Shown piece after piece: positions 16,383-26,016 of a stretch of DNA of 64,000 nt (its first letter is position 1; each line of letters begins with the position of its first letter). Origin of the DNA: a virus. The stretch is from the IMG/VR virus record IMGVR_UViG_3300026183_000827. One strand, written 5' to 3'. The notes below the pieces were generated by a model that did not search any database, was not told the origin of the DNA, and worked only from the letters and a program-made list of their open reading frames with translations. The position numbers and the translations under genes are program-made.

Positions 16383-19055
16383 ATGCCATACGTTGATGCG
16401 ATGTTCGATCGTGATCAAGATATTATACGTGTCGTAGAACGCCGTGACGGCAAAAGACACTATACAGAATATCCTGCAAAATATACATTTTACTATGAGG
16501 ATCCAAGAGGCAAGTACAAAAGTGTGTACGGCGATCCTCTTACACGCATTGTCTGTAAGAACACAAAAGACTTTCGCAAAGAAGTTGCTATAAACAAAAG
16601 CAAGAAATTGTTCGAAAGCGACATCAATCCAATCTTTCAATGTTTAAGTGAACACTATCTCAATCAAGATGCTCCTAAACTAAACATTGCGTTCTTTGAT
16701 ATCGAGACGGACTTTGATCCAGAGCGTGGGTTTGCTGATCCAGCAGACCCATTTATGCCCATTACATCTATAAGTGTATACTTACAGTGGATGGAAACAA
16801 TGGTATGTCTTGCTGTTCCACCCAAAACACTCACAATGGAGCAGGCAAAAGTAGAACTTGAAGGCATTGAAAATGTAATGCTGTTTGAGAAAGAAGGTGA
16901 CATGATTGACACGTTCTTAACACTGATTGAGGATGCTGATATTTTATCAGGTTGGAACAGTGAAGGTTATGATATCCCATATACTGTAAACAGAACAAGC
17001 CGTGTGTTATCTAAAGATGACACAAGACGTTTTTGTTTGTGGGGACAGTTGCCTAAGAAGCGTGAATATGAAAAATACGGAAAGCAAGCAGTTACATTTG
17101 ATCTAGTAGGTCGTGTACACTTAGACTCATTAGAACTATATCGCAAGTACACATATGAAGAACGTCACTCATATCGCTTGGATGCAATTGGTGAAATTGA
17201 AGTAGGCGAAAACAAAGTGCCATATGAAGGCACACTGGATCAGTTGTACAACAATGACTTCCGCAAGTTTATTGAATATAACATTCAGGATACTGCACTG
17301 CTAGACAAACTGGACAAGAAGCTACGCTTTATTGATCTAAGCAATAGCATTGCACACGAGAACACTGTGTTACTACAGACTACAATGGGTGCTGTTGCTG
17401 TTACAGAGCAAGGTATTATCAACGAAGCACACAACAGAGATTTGCGAGTACCTAACCGTCCAAAGCGTGATGACACAGAAAGCACACAAGCAGCAGGTGC
17501 GTATGTTGCGTTTCCTAAAAAAGGTTTGCACAAGTATATTGGTTCAATGGATTTGAATTCACTGTATCCATCAGTAATTCGTGCATTGAATATGGCTCCG
17601 GAAACTATTATAGGACAGATACGTCCTGAAATTACAGATGCTCGTGTACATGAAGATATGACACTAAAGAAAAAGTCATTTGCAGGTAGTTGGGAAGGAC
17701 GCTTTAATGTTGAAGAATACGACATAGTTATGGAGAAGCGCAAAGATGTTGCACTTACTGTTGATTGGGAAGATGGACGTTCAGACGTACTAAGTGGTGC
17801 AGAAATTTATCAACTTATTTTTGACAGTCAAATGCCATGGATGTTGAGTGCAAATGGCACAATCTTTACAACAGAGTTTGAAGGTGTTATTCCAGGTATT
17901 CTAAAGCGTTGGTATGCAGAACGTAAAGAACTACAAAAGAAACTTAAAAAAGCCAAAGACGCAGGTCTTGATGCGGAAATTGAGTATTGGGACAAACGAC
18001 AATTGGTTAAGAAAATTAATCTTAACAGTCTATATGGTGCTATTCTCAATCCTGGTTGTCGTTTCTTTGATAAACGCATTGGCCAGTCTACTACACTAAC
18101 AGGTAGACAAATTGTTAAGCATATGAGTGCAGAAGTTAACAAAGTTATTACAGGCGAATATGATCATGTAGGCAAAAGTGTTATCTATGGCGATACTGAT
18201 TCTGTGTATTTTAGTGCATGGCCTGCTCTCAAAGATGATGTAGAATCAGGCAAACTTGACTTTAATATTGACAAGTGTATTGCACTATATGACCAAGTGT
18301 GTGAACAAGCAAACACAACATTTCCAGACTTTATGGTGCGAGCATTTCACTGTCCAAAAACAAGAAGTGATGTTATTGCCGCAGGTAGAGAAATTGTTGC
18401 ACAAAGTGGACTGTATATTACTAAGAAGCGTTATGCGGCATTGGTAATTGATAATGAAGGATTCCGCACAGACGGTGACGGCAAGCCAGGCAAAGTAAAA
18501 GCAATGGGCTTGGATCTGCGTAGATCAGATACTCCTGTGTTTATGCAGAAGTTCCTGAGTGAATTGCTGCTAATGGTGCTTACTGATGTCCCACAAGAAG
18601 ATGTGCTACAGCGTATCACAGAATTCCGCAAAGAGTTTGAACAGCGTCCGGGATTTGAAAAGGGTTCGCCAAAACGTGCTAATAAAATTGGACACTATCA
18701 ACGTCTTGAAGAAAAGCAAGGTAAAGCAAATATGCCTGGACACGTAAGAGCAAGCATTAACTGGAACACACTCAAGCGTATGAACGGTGACAAGTATTCG
18801 CAAGAGATTGTAGATGGTATGAAAGTTATCGTTTGTAAACTCAAACCAAATCCACTAGGTTATACTAGTGTAGCATATCCAACAGATGAACTACGTTTGC
18901 CAGAGTGGTTCAAAGAACTTCCGTTTGATGATGCAGCAATGGCAGAAACAATTATTGATAACAAACTAGACAACTTGATCGGTGTGCTAAATTATCCTCT
19001 AGAAGATACAAAGCAACACAACACCTTCTCAAGTTTATTTGATTTTGGAGACTAG
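16383..19055 (+). CDS. Family B DNA polymerase (T4 gp43-like)
   Basis: ExoI FDIET, ExoII GWNSEGYD, ExoIII YNIQD; motif A DLNSLYPS, motif B KINLNSLYG, motif C YGDTDS. Confidence 0.97.
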   Translation: MPYVDAMFDRDQDIIRVVERRDGKRHYTEYPAKYTFYYEDPRGKYKSVYGDPLTRIVCKNTKDFRKEVAINKSKKLFESDINPIFQCLSEHYLNQDAPKLNIAFFDIETDFDPERGFADPADPFMPITSISVYLQWMETMVCLAVPPKTLTMEQAKVELEGIENVMLFEKEGDMIDTFLTLIEDADILSGWNSEGYDIPYTVNRTSRVLSKDDTRRFCLWGQLPKKREYEKYGKQAVTFDLVGRVHLDSLELYRKYTYEERHSYRLDAIGEIEVGENKVPYEGTLDQLYNNDFRKFIEYNIQDTALLDKLDKKLRFIDLSNSIAHENTVLLQTTMGAVAVTEQGIINEAHNRDLRVPNRPKRDDTESTQAAGAYVAFPKKGLHKYIGSMDLNSLYPSVIRALNMAPETIIGQIRPEITDARVHEDMTLKKKSFAGSWEGRFNVEEYDIVMEKRKDVALTVDWEDGRSDVLSGAEIYQLIFDSQMPWMLSANGTIFTTEFEGVIPGILKRWYAERKELQKKLKKAKDAGLDAEIEYWDKRQLVKKINLNSLYGAILNPGCRFFDKRIGQSTTLTGRQIVKHMSAEVNKVITGEYDHVGKSVIYGDTDSVYFSAWPALKDDVESGKLDFNIDKCIALYDQVCEQANTTFPDFMVRAFHCPKTRSDVIAAGREIVAQSGLYITKKRYAALVIDNEGFRTDGDGKPGKVKAMGLDLRRSDTPVFMQKFLSELLLMVLTDVPQEDVLQRITEFRKEFEQRPGFEKGSPKRANKIGHYQRLEEKQGKANMPGHVRASINWNTLKRMNGDKYSQEIVDGMKVIVCKLKPNPLGYTSVAYPTDELRLPEWFKELPFDDAAMAETIIDNKLDNLIGVLNYPLEDTKQHNTFSSLFDFGD

Positions 19056-19056
19056 T

Positions 19057-19635
19057 GTGACTAAAAGAATATATTCACATGAAATTGGTAAATGTACAAA
19101 AGTTTATAATAACGCTCTAGTATATATTCCAAAAAATGCATCTACTCTTTTACGAAATTGGTGTCAAAAGCAGACAGATACTAATATAAGCGATTCTAAT
19201 TATTTAGATTTTGAAGTTGACAAATATTATGTACTTATACGAGATCCTTTTGATAGATGGGTAAGCGGAGTAACAGAGTATTATTATAGAAATAAATTTC
19301 AAGTAGAACATATATTAGATCGTATAGAAATGATAGAATTTGACGAGCATACTACTCCACAAAATCAATTTTTAAATTTTGATTATACTAAAAATACTGT
19401 TTTTGTACCTATGGATAGAAAGGGAATAGGTTATTTAAATAATAAATTTTTAAAATATCCTCATCATCCTATAAACAAATATAATTCTAAAAGTAGCATA
19501 AGAAAAATAAAATTTAAAAATTTATTGTTAAAAAAAATACAAGAACAGCCTAGTTTAAAAGATAAAGTAATAGAATTTTATAAACAAGACTATGAAATTA
19601 TAGAAAATTACTTTGATAGGATTTCTATCTTATGA
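19057..19635 (+). CDS. Sulfotransferase family protein
   Basis: 5'-PSB loop YIPKNAST, 3'-PB RDPFDRWVSG, HTTPQ, YKQDY; GTG start after GGAG. Confidence 0.75.
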   Translation: MTKRIYSHEIGKCTKVYNNALVYIPKNASTLLRNWCQKQTDTNISDSNYLDFEVDKYYVLIRDPFDRWVSGVTEYYYRNKFQVEHILDRIEMIEFDEHTTPQNQFLNFDYTKNTVFVPMDRKGIGYLNNKFLKYPHHPINKYNSKSSIRKIKFKNLLLKKIQEQPSLKDKVIEFYKQDYEIIENYFDRISIL

Positions 19636-20021
19636 CAGAACACGAACAAATGATAAAAGACGAGTACAAAGAGACATCTAGAGAAAATCGTGCGTCTCAG
19701 CTTGCGGCAGAATTGTCAAAAGAACGTAAACGTCTTAAACAAGAGCTTGCAGAACTACAACACGAAGTTGAAGATCTAACACCTACAACACCTACTGGTA
19801 CAGTAGACTGGTATGTAAAATGGGTAAGTATGGTACTTGCTGTAATAGGTGTATTTTCAATTAGTGCAGGATTTACTATGTATGGACAAATAGCATATAT
19901 TCTTAGTTCAATAGGCTGGGTATTTGTAGGTATGCAATGGAGTGATAGAGCAATTATGATAGGATCTAGTATTAGCGGCACAGCAGTTGCTATGAATCTA
20001 GTCCAAGGACTAACACAATGA
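19632..20021 (+). CDS. Coiled-coil plus three-TM membrane protein
   Basis: Hydrophobic C-terminal half similar in pattern to 16109..16324. Confidence 0.7.
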   Translation: MTEHEQMIKDEYKETSRENRASQLAAELSKERKRLKQELAELQHEVEDLTPTTPTGTVDWYVKWVSMVLAVIGVFSISAGFTMYGQIAYILSSIGWVFVGMQWSDRAIMIGSSISGTAVAMNLVQGLTQ

Positions 20022-20125
20022 AAATAAAAGTAGAAGTAGAATTTGATACAGAAAAAACACAAGACGAAGAACTAATGCAAAAGCTATTAGAACTTCTTGA
20101 AGAATTAAGGGAGCAGTTAGAATGA
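20018..20125 (+). CDS. Small hypothetical protein (35 aa, MKIKVEVEFDT...)
   Basis: ATGA overlaps at both ends. Confidence 0.6.
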   Translation: MKIKVEVEFDTEKTQDEELMQKLLELLEELREQLE

Positions 20126-20568
20126 AAGTAGGATTTACTTGTTCAACTTTTGATTTGCTACACGCAGGTCATGTACAAATGTTACGAGAAGCAAAAGATC
20201 AGTGTGATTATTTAATATGCGGATTACAAGTAGATCCAAACTTAGATAGATCTGAGAAGAACTCTCCTATACAAACTATTGTTGAACGTTACACACAACT
20301 CAAAGCAGTTGGTTACGTAGATGAAATTATTCCGTATGGTACTGAAAGAGACCTAGAAGATATCTTGACAATGTATCATATTGATGTTAGAATATTAGGA
20401 GAAGAGTATAGAGACAAAACGTTTACCGGTAGAGCTATATGTGCTAAACGTGGAATTGAACTATATTTTAATAAACGTGATCATAGATTTTCATCTAGCG
20501 ATCTAAGAGCAAGAGTTGCAGAAAGACATACACATGGGAATGAATTCAGTCGGCAGAAAACTAAGTGA
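20122..20568 (+). CDS. tagD: Glycerol-3-phosphate cytidylyltransferase (TagD-like)
   Basis: TFDLLHAGH (HxGH), VDEIIPY, R...SSSDLR. Confidence 0.8.
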   Translation: MKVGFTCSTFDLLHAGHVQMLREAKDQCDYLICGLQVDPNLDRSEKNSPIQTIVERYTQLKAVGYVDEIIPYGTERDLEDILTMYHIDVRILGEEYRDKTFTGRAICAKRGIELYFNKRDHRFSSSDLRARVAERHTHGNEFSRQKTK

Positions 20569-20707
20569 CGAAGATCAAAAATTAGTTGATGAGTATTTAA
20601 AAAAAGGTGGGACTATTAAAAAAGGTGTAAGTGGTCAACGAACCGAAGATATTGAATTTAAAAACGGATTTTACGGTAAACGTAAAAAACAAAGTAAGGC
20701 AGAGTAA
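20534..20707 (+). CDS. Small hypothetical protein
   Basis: VDEYLKKGGTIKK motif; start moved to ATG 20534. Confidence 0.6.
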   Translation: MGMNSVGRKLSDEDQKLVDEYLKKGGTIKKGVSGQRTEDIEFKNGFYGKRKKQSKAE

Positions 20708-20709
20708 CA

Positions 20710-20850
20710 ATGAAGTATTTTTTTATATTATTAGCATTTATCTTAGGATGGATTGCAGGAACATATACACATCCTTATGAACAATGCAAACGTGTGTATG
20801 TTATAGCCGAAGATATTGGCGAATGCGTTTGGCTTAAGGAAGATCTTTGA
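20710..20850 (+). CDS. Small secreted/membrane protein (46 aa)
   Basis: MKYFFILLAFILGWIAG... hydrophobic N-terminus; fills the gap. Confidence 0.55.
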   Translation: MKYFFILLAFILGWIAGTYTHPYEQCKRVYVIAEDIGECVWLKEDL

Positions 20851-21014
20851 TGTGGACACTTTGGATTGTTAGCACTATTATCGGAAGTGCAGAACCTAAA
20901 TACACTCGCTATGATACATATGAAACTAAAATGGCTTGCCAAATAGAGTGGCATCTTGTTACTATGGATTTTACTGAAGACGAAGTAGCGTATTGTGAAG
21001 GACCAGATGAATAA
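20850..21014 (+). CDS. Small hypothetical protein (54 aa)
   Basis: MWTLWIVSTIIG...; TGATG coupling. Confidence 0.55.
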   Translation: MWTLWIVSTIIGSAEPKYTRYDTYETKMACQIEWHLVTMDFTEDEVAYCEGPDE

Positions 21015-21714
21015 ATTTATTTTTGATGTAGACGGAACACTAACTCCTAGTAGAGGAAAGATAGATAAAGAATTTGCAGCATGGTTTGAGCATTTTGCAA
21101 CACATAATGCTTGCTATTTTGTAACCGGATCTGATAAGATAAAAACAGTTGAGCAAATAGGTTTACCGATTTATAATCTCGCTATTAGAGTTTATAATTG
21201 CAACGGTAATGATGTTTGGGAACAGAACGTAAATGTTCGTACAAATGAATGGATACTACCTGAAGATGCACATGCATATTTGAGTGACGAACTTTGTGCA
21301 AGTGCATTTCCTTTGCGTACAGGATTACACTTTGAACATCGGCCAGGTATGTGTAATTTTAGTGTTGTAGGACGCAATGCTACACAAAAACAACGTGCAG
21401 AGTATGTAACCTGGGATAAAGATTTTGACGAACGTGTTTATATTGCTCATAACTTTAATCAACTGTTTCCAGAGCTTGAAGCAAAAGTAGGTGGCGAAAC
21501 AGGAATTGATATTGCACCAAAAGGAGCAGACAAAAGTCAAATTTTAAATGACTTTGATAAAGATGATGTTATTGTGTTCTTTGGCGATGCAATGCACCAA
21601 AACGGTAACGATTATCCATTAGCACAGGCTAATATAAAAGGAGAAAATTATCATGTGCAAGATTGGAAAGACACATGGAGGAAATTAAATGAAAATTTTA
21701 ATAACAGGTCATAA
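21007..21714 (+). CDS. HAD-superfamily (eukaryotic-type) phosphomannomutase
   Basis: FDVDGTLT, VTGSD, NFSVVGR, GGETGIDI, FFGD...GNDY. Confidence 0.85.
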   Translation: MNKFIFDVDGTLTPSRGKIDKEFAAWFEHFATHNACYFVTGSDKIKTVEQIGLPIYNLAIRVYNCNGNDVWEQNVNVRTNEWILPEDAHAYLSDELCASAFPLRTGLHFEHRPGMCNFSVVGRNATQKQRAEYVTWDKDFDERVYIAHNFNQLFPELEAKVGGETGIDIAPKGADKSQILNDFDKDDVIVFFGDAMHQNGNDYPLAQANIKGENYHVQDWKDTWRKLNENFNNRS

Positions 21715-22414
21715 AGGATTTATAGGCACACAGCTTTGTAAGTTCTTAAAAGACTACGATATTATAGGTCTTGATGTAAAAGAACATGAAGATCAAGATA
21801 TACTAACTTGCGAATTACCTGATGTAGATATGGTTATACACCTTGCTGGTATAGGCGGTGTTAGAGAAAGCATGGACAATCCAAAACGCTATTGGTATAA
21901 TAATGTAGAAGGCACAAAACGTATACTAGAAAGATATAAAAATATTCGTGTATTAGTTGCTGGATCCAGTTCGCAATACGAACCACATCTTAATCCTTAT
22001 GCTGCAAGCAAAAATATAATAGAATACATTCCTCACTCTAATGTTTGTTTTATGCGATTTCATACTGTTTACGGTGATATTCCTAGAGCAAATATGTTTT
22101 TTGACAAACTGTTAAACAATAAGCTTGAATATGTTACTAATCATGAAAGAGATTTTATACACATAGAAGATTTGTGCAATGCTATTGGAATGATTATGAA
22201 CGACAATAGAATACAAGGTCCTATTGATATTGGCACCGGAACTTGTGTAAAAATTTCAAATATAAGACCAGATTTGCCTATTCGCCTAAATACACCGGGG
22301 GAAAGACAAAGGACACAAGCTAATATTATGAAATTGTCAAGTTTAGGTTGGAAACCAAAACACACTGTAAAAGAATTTTTAAAAAATAAAGGTTTCTTGT
22401 ATGAAGAAATTTGA
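21689..22414 (+). CDS. NAD-dependent epimerase/dehydratase
   Basis: TGHKGFIG, HLAG, SSS, YAASK. Confidence 0.9.
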   Translation: MKILITGHKGFIGTQLCKFLKDYDIIGLDVKEHEDQDILTCELPDVDMVIHLAGIGGVRESMDNPKRYWYNNVEGTKRILERYKNIRVLVAGSSSQYEPHLNPYAASKNIIEYIPHSNVCFMRFHTVYGDIPRANMFFDKLLNNKLEYVTNHERDFIHIEDLCNAIGMIMNDNRIQGPIDIGTGTCVKISNIRPDLPIRLNTPGERQRTQANIMKLSSLGWKPKHTVKEFLKNKGFLYEEI

Positions 22415-22955
22415 TGCAGTTTTGTTAGTTGATTGTTGGACTCCGAATTTTTGGAAAGACGATGAAAGAGCAAGAAAACAAAAAAAGTTTCACAATAGTC
22501 TTTTATCATTTTTAAGAACACAAGAATTTGATCAAGTGTTATTTGCAACAAAAGGCTTACCTGAAACCCAAACTGATCCTCGTTTAAAATATAAATTACA
22601 TAGCAAAACAAAATCTAATAGCGAATTACATATTGAAGATATTGTTTCGTATTACGATTTGTACAAAAATTTGCAAGATAAAAGTAATATACTTTTAGGT
22701 GGCGCAGCATGGCAAATGTGTGTTCACGGAAATCATATAGGATTGTATGAATTAATGGATGAAAAAAATCTTACAATTCTTTCACATCCTTCTATGGTAG
22801 ATAGTTTTATTGACGACGAAGAGCCTGTTACTAAACAAGACTTTGAAAATGATTGGATGATTACATGGTTCGAACGTGGCGATGGTTTTTATCATGCCAG
22901 TCATAGAAAGCATATAACAAAGTCTTTTAGAAAAATTGATGTTGACAAAACATAA
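22401..22955 (+). CDS. Hypothetical protein, possibly isochorismatase/cysteine hydrolase-like
   Basis: LLVDCW and GGAAWQMCV motifs. Confidence 0.45.
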   Translation: MKKFDAVLLVDCWTPNFWKDDERARKQKKFHNSLLSFLRTQEFDQVLFATKGLPETQTDPRLKYKLHSKTKSNSELHIEDIVSYYDLYKNLQDKSNILLGGAAWQMCVHGNHIGLYELMDEKNLTILSHPSMVDSFIDDEEPVTKQDFENDWMITWFERGDGFYHASHRKHITKSFRKIDVDKT

Positions 22956-22970
22956 AAAATGTAATATAAT
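22942..22970 (+). promoter_or_regulatory. Consensus sigma70-like promoter for the clamp-dpdA operon
   Basis: TTGACA-N17-TATAAT. Confidence 0.85.
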
Positions 22971-22995
22971 AAATTAAATCAATGGAGAAATACAA

Positions 22996-23724
22996 ATGAA
23001 AGATATTTTACAAGACGTAGTAGCACATACTCATGCACTAGGATTTCTTAGTCTAGTTAAAGTTAGCAACGACGAAGGCACAGCAATTGATTCAATGGCA
23101 GAAGACCGTAGTGTTATTTTGTCAGCAGAAACACATTCACCCGTAGCAGAGTTTGTAGGCACATTTGGTATGCCTAACTTAGATAAACTTGCATTGCATT
23201 TAAAAAATCCAGAGTACAAAGACAATGCAAAAATTGATGTAGTACAAGCAGAACGCAACGGCGAAACTATTCCAACACACATTCACTTTGAAAATGCAGC
23301 AGGCGATTTTGAAAATGATTACCGCTTTATGAATAAAGCAATCATTGAAGAAAAACTAAAAACTGTTAAGTTCAAAGGCGCAAGTTGGAATGTAACACTA
23401 CAACCTAGTGTAGCAAGCATTGCACGTATGAAGCTCATGAGTGCAGCACATAGTGAAGAGCCTACATTCAATGTTAAAACTGTAGACGGTAACTTAGTAT
23501 TTTCGTTTGGTGATGCTAGTACACACGCAGGTGAGTTTGTATTCCAACACGGTGTAGAAGGTGCGCTACAACACATCTGGAGTTGGCCAGTAGCGCAGGT
23601 ACAAAGTATTTTGAGCTTAGACGGCGATTTGACCATGAGCATTTCAGATCAAGGTGCTATGAAGATTAGCGTAAACTCAGGTATGGCAACATACGATTAC
23701 ATCCTACCAGCACAGAGTAAGTAA
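22996..23724 (+). CDS. Putative DNA polymerase sliding clamp (gp45/PCNA-like)
   Basis: 242 aa with two-domain clamp-like pattern, C-terminal ISDQGAMKI...YDYILPA; near DNA polymerase. Confidence 0.7.
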   Translation: MKDILQDVVAHTHALGFLSLVKVSNDEGTAIDSMAEDRSVILSAETHSPVAEFVGTFGMPNLDKLALHLKNPEYKDNAKIDVVQAERNGETIPTHIHFENAAGDFENDYRFMNKAIIEEKLKTVKFKGASWNVTLQPSVASIARMKLMSAAHSEEPTFNVKTVDGNLVFSFGDASTHAGEFVFQHGVEGALQHIWSWPVAQVQSILSLDGDLTMSISDQGAMKISVNSGMATYDYILPAQSK

Positions 23725-23727
23725 AAT

Positions 23728-25275
23728 ATGCGCAAAGACTTAACTGCATCACAAAATGACTACGCTAGATTTCTCCCAGCACTAAGTGGCTTCTATGCCA
23801 CTTACGTGGGCAAACAGCGTTATAACGAATATGTAGATAAGTCACGTATCCCTTCAAACTTTACACACGGTGTAGAGAGTTTAAACTATCTTAACAAGCA
23901 AGAAGGTCAATTCCAGTACCAGTGGACACTTTACTCTGCAGGACACGCTGAACTAGACATTAACAAACATGCACCTAAAGAAGATATGGTGCGTAATAGA
24001 GATAGACAAAACTCTTGGATACTAGGCGACTCAGGTGGTTTCCAGATTGGTAAAGGCGTGTGGGAAGGTGACTGGAAGAATCCTAATTGTCCTAAAGCAC
24101 AAAAGAAAAGAGAACAAGTTCTCCGTTGGATGGATGCTTATATGGACTATGGTATGATCCTTGATATTCCTGCCTGGGTATGTCGCTCGCCTGCGGGTAG
24201 AGAAGCAACTGGTATTACTAGTTATATGGAAGCTGTTGAAGGCACATACATTAACAATGACTACTGGATTGCTAATCGTACAGGTGCTTGTAAGTTCTTA
24301 AATGTTCTACAGGGTGAGAATCACGCTGAAGCAGATGACTGGTATGATCGTATGAAAAAGTACTGTGATCCTAAGCAGTATCCAGACAATCACTTTAATG
24401 GTTGGGCAATGGGTGGACAGAATATGTGTGATGTACATCTAGTGCTTAAACGTATTGTAACTATGCATTTTGACGGTTTGCTAGAAAAAGGCATTCACGA
24501 TGTAATGCACTTCTTAGGAACATCAAAGCTAGAGTGGGCTTGTTTGCTTACTGACATTCAACGTGCTGTACGGAAAAACTATAATGAAAACTTTACTATT
24601 ACCTTTGACTGTGCTAGTCCTTTCCTCGCAACCGCGAACGGACAGATCTACATTCAAAACGAAACTGAAGACAGAAGCAAATGGACGTATCGTATGGTGC
24701 CGTCAGTTGACGATAAGAAATATGCTACAGACAACCGTATCTTTAGAGACGCTGTTATATCAGATGGGATATTTAAAAACTTTGAAGACTCACCGCTTAC
24801 CGCTGAACTCAAAGTATCAGACGTTTGCACTTATGCTCCAGGAGACTTAAATAAAATAGGTAAAGAAGGAAAGACATCGTGGGATAGTTTTAGTTACGCT
24901 ATCCAAATGGGACATAATGTGTGGAGCCACATAAATGCAGTGCAAGAAGCTAACAGACAATACGACAATGGATGCATTCCGAGAATGCTTGTCCAAGAAC
25001 GTTTTGATAGAATCTTGTTCAAAGATGTTGTGAACGAAATTTTTGCAAAAGACAATAAAGACGCTGCTCTTGCACTAATTGAAGAATATTCTAAGTTTTG
25101 GATGGCTATTCCAGGTACACGAGGTGCAGTAGGTAAGAAAACTGTAAACGCTAGTACACACTTTAATGCGCTTTTTGACGTAGAAGAACCAGAGACAGAA
25201 AATGATCACGAAGATGGTTTATTCACAGAAGCAGAGGAACATAAATTGGAGGAAATGGAGAATGAGCAACTATGA
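23728..25275 (+). CDS. dpdA: TGT-fold guanine transglycosylase, DpdA-like (7-deazaguanine insertion into DNA)
   Basis: GDSGGFQ, ILDIP, VLQG, GWAMGG, HFLG, FDCAS catalytic motifs; no CxCxxC Zn site; folE and queE nearby. Confidence 0.75.
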   Translation: MRKDLTASQNDYARFLPALSGFYATYVGKQRYNEYVDKSRIPSNFTHGVESLNYLNKQEGQFQYQWTLYSAGHAELDINKHAPKEDMVRNRDRQNSWILGDSGGFQIGKGVWEGDWKNPNCPKAQKKREQVLRWMDAYMDYGMILDIPAWVCRSPAGREATGITSYMEAVEGTYINNDYWIANRTGACKFLNVLQGENHAEADDWYDRMKKYCDPKQYPDNHFNGWAMGGQNMCDVHLVLKRIVTMHFDGLLEKGIHDVMHFLGTSKLEWACLLTDIQRAVRKNYNENFTITFDCASPFLATANGQIYIQNETEDRSKWTYRMVPSVDDKKYATDNRIFRDAVISDGIFKNFEDSPLTAELKVSDVCTYAPGDLNKIGKEGKTSWDSFSYAIQMGHNVWSHINAVQEANRQYDNGCIPRMLVQERFDRILFKDVVNEIFAKDNKDAALALIEEYSKFWMAIPGTRGAVGKKTVNASTHFNALFDVEEPETENDHEDGLFTEAEEHKLEEMENEQL

Positions 25276-25471
25276 AACAGAAGAAGATAAACTTCGAGCT
25301 CATTACGAGGAATTAGAGAGAAAACATAGAGAACTTGACAACGAGCTAATCGAACGTTATAATAATCAAACAGTAACAGACGAAGTTCGTAGAATGAAAA
25401 CTATGAAACTCTATTTAAAAGACGAAATGCATCGTATTAACGCTTACTTGATACAAAAAGGCTTAGAATGA
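25262..25471 (+). CDS. DUF465/YdcH-like small coiled-coil protein
   Basis: LERKHRELD...MKTMKLYLKDEM; start moved to ATG 25262. Confidence 0.7.
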   Translation: MSNYETEEDKLRAHYEELERKHRELDNELIERYNNQTVTDEVRRMKTMKLYLKDEMHRINAYLIQKGLE

Positions 25472-25998
25472 AAAGAGATTACGAAAACGGTGAACACGAC
25501 GATGTTGTGTTCTTTACAGGCATTGAAGTAGAACGTACACCTGCTTACGGCAAGAAAACACTATTTGTAACTGGCGTTCAAGATATTGAAACAGTGTTTG
25601 AACATTTTGCAACACAAGAATGTGAGCATATTTTCTTTGGTGCTAATCATAGTTTTAATCCTGGCGTTAATTTTCCAAAAGATGCAGATGCATGGGAAGA
25701 ATGGGAAAACATGATTGAATACTTTTTAGAAAAGGGTGTACCTTGTACACTAGATGTTCCGTTCAGTCACGCAGAAGCATTACTAGAAACTACAATGATT
25801 GAAACAGATTTGTTTATTCCACAAATCCGCATTCCACTTCCTTACATCAAGCAATATAATTATAACACTATGATTAAAATCGATGACAGAGATTTTAAAG
25901 CAACTAATCCAGGTGTTTGGTGTCATAGACTACACAATCTAATGGACGATAAAAAATTCACTGATTGGAGTGAATACGAACTTGACAAACCTCTATAA
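25468..25998 (+). CDS. Hypothetical protein in the deazaguanine cluster
   Basis: 176-aa coupled ORF (GIEVE, HIFFGANHSF, KIDD...NPGVWCH). Confidence 0.75.
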   Translation: MKRDYENGEHDDVVFFTGIEVERTPAYGKKTLFVTGVQDIETVFEHFATQECEHIFFGANHSFNPGVNFPKDADAWEEWENMIEYFLEKGVPCTLDVPFSHAEALLETTMIETDLFIPQIRIPLPYIKQYNYNTMIKIDDRDFKATNPGVWCHRLHNLMDDKKFTDWSEYELDKPL

Positions 25999-26010
25999 AG
26001 AAAGTATAGT
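25982..26010 (+). promoter_or_regulatory. Sigma70-like promoter; ATG 26017 lies at the expected start site
   Basis: TTGACA-N17-TATAGT. Confidence 0.75.
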
Positions 26011-26016
26011 AATAAT

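Noticed and set aside
16383-19055. Intein or intron in the DNA polymerase
   Set aside because: All motifs are contiguous, length is normal, and there is no homing endonuclease signature
23728-25275. Calling this a tRNA-modifying bacterial Tgt
   Set aside because: It lacks the CxCxxC...H zinc site, has HFLG rather than YLMG, and is linked to the clamp; DNA targeting is more likely but unproven
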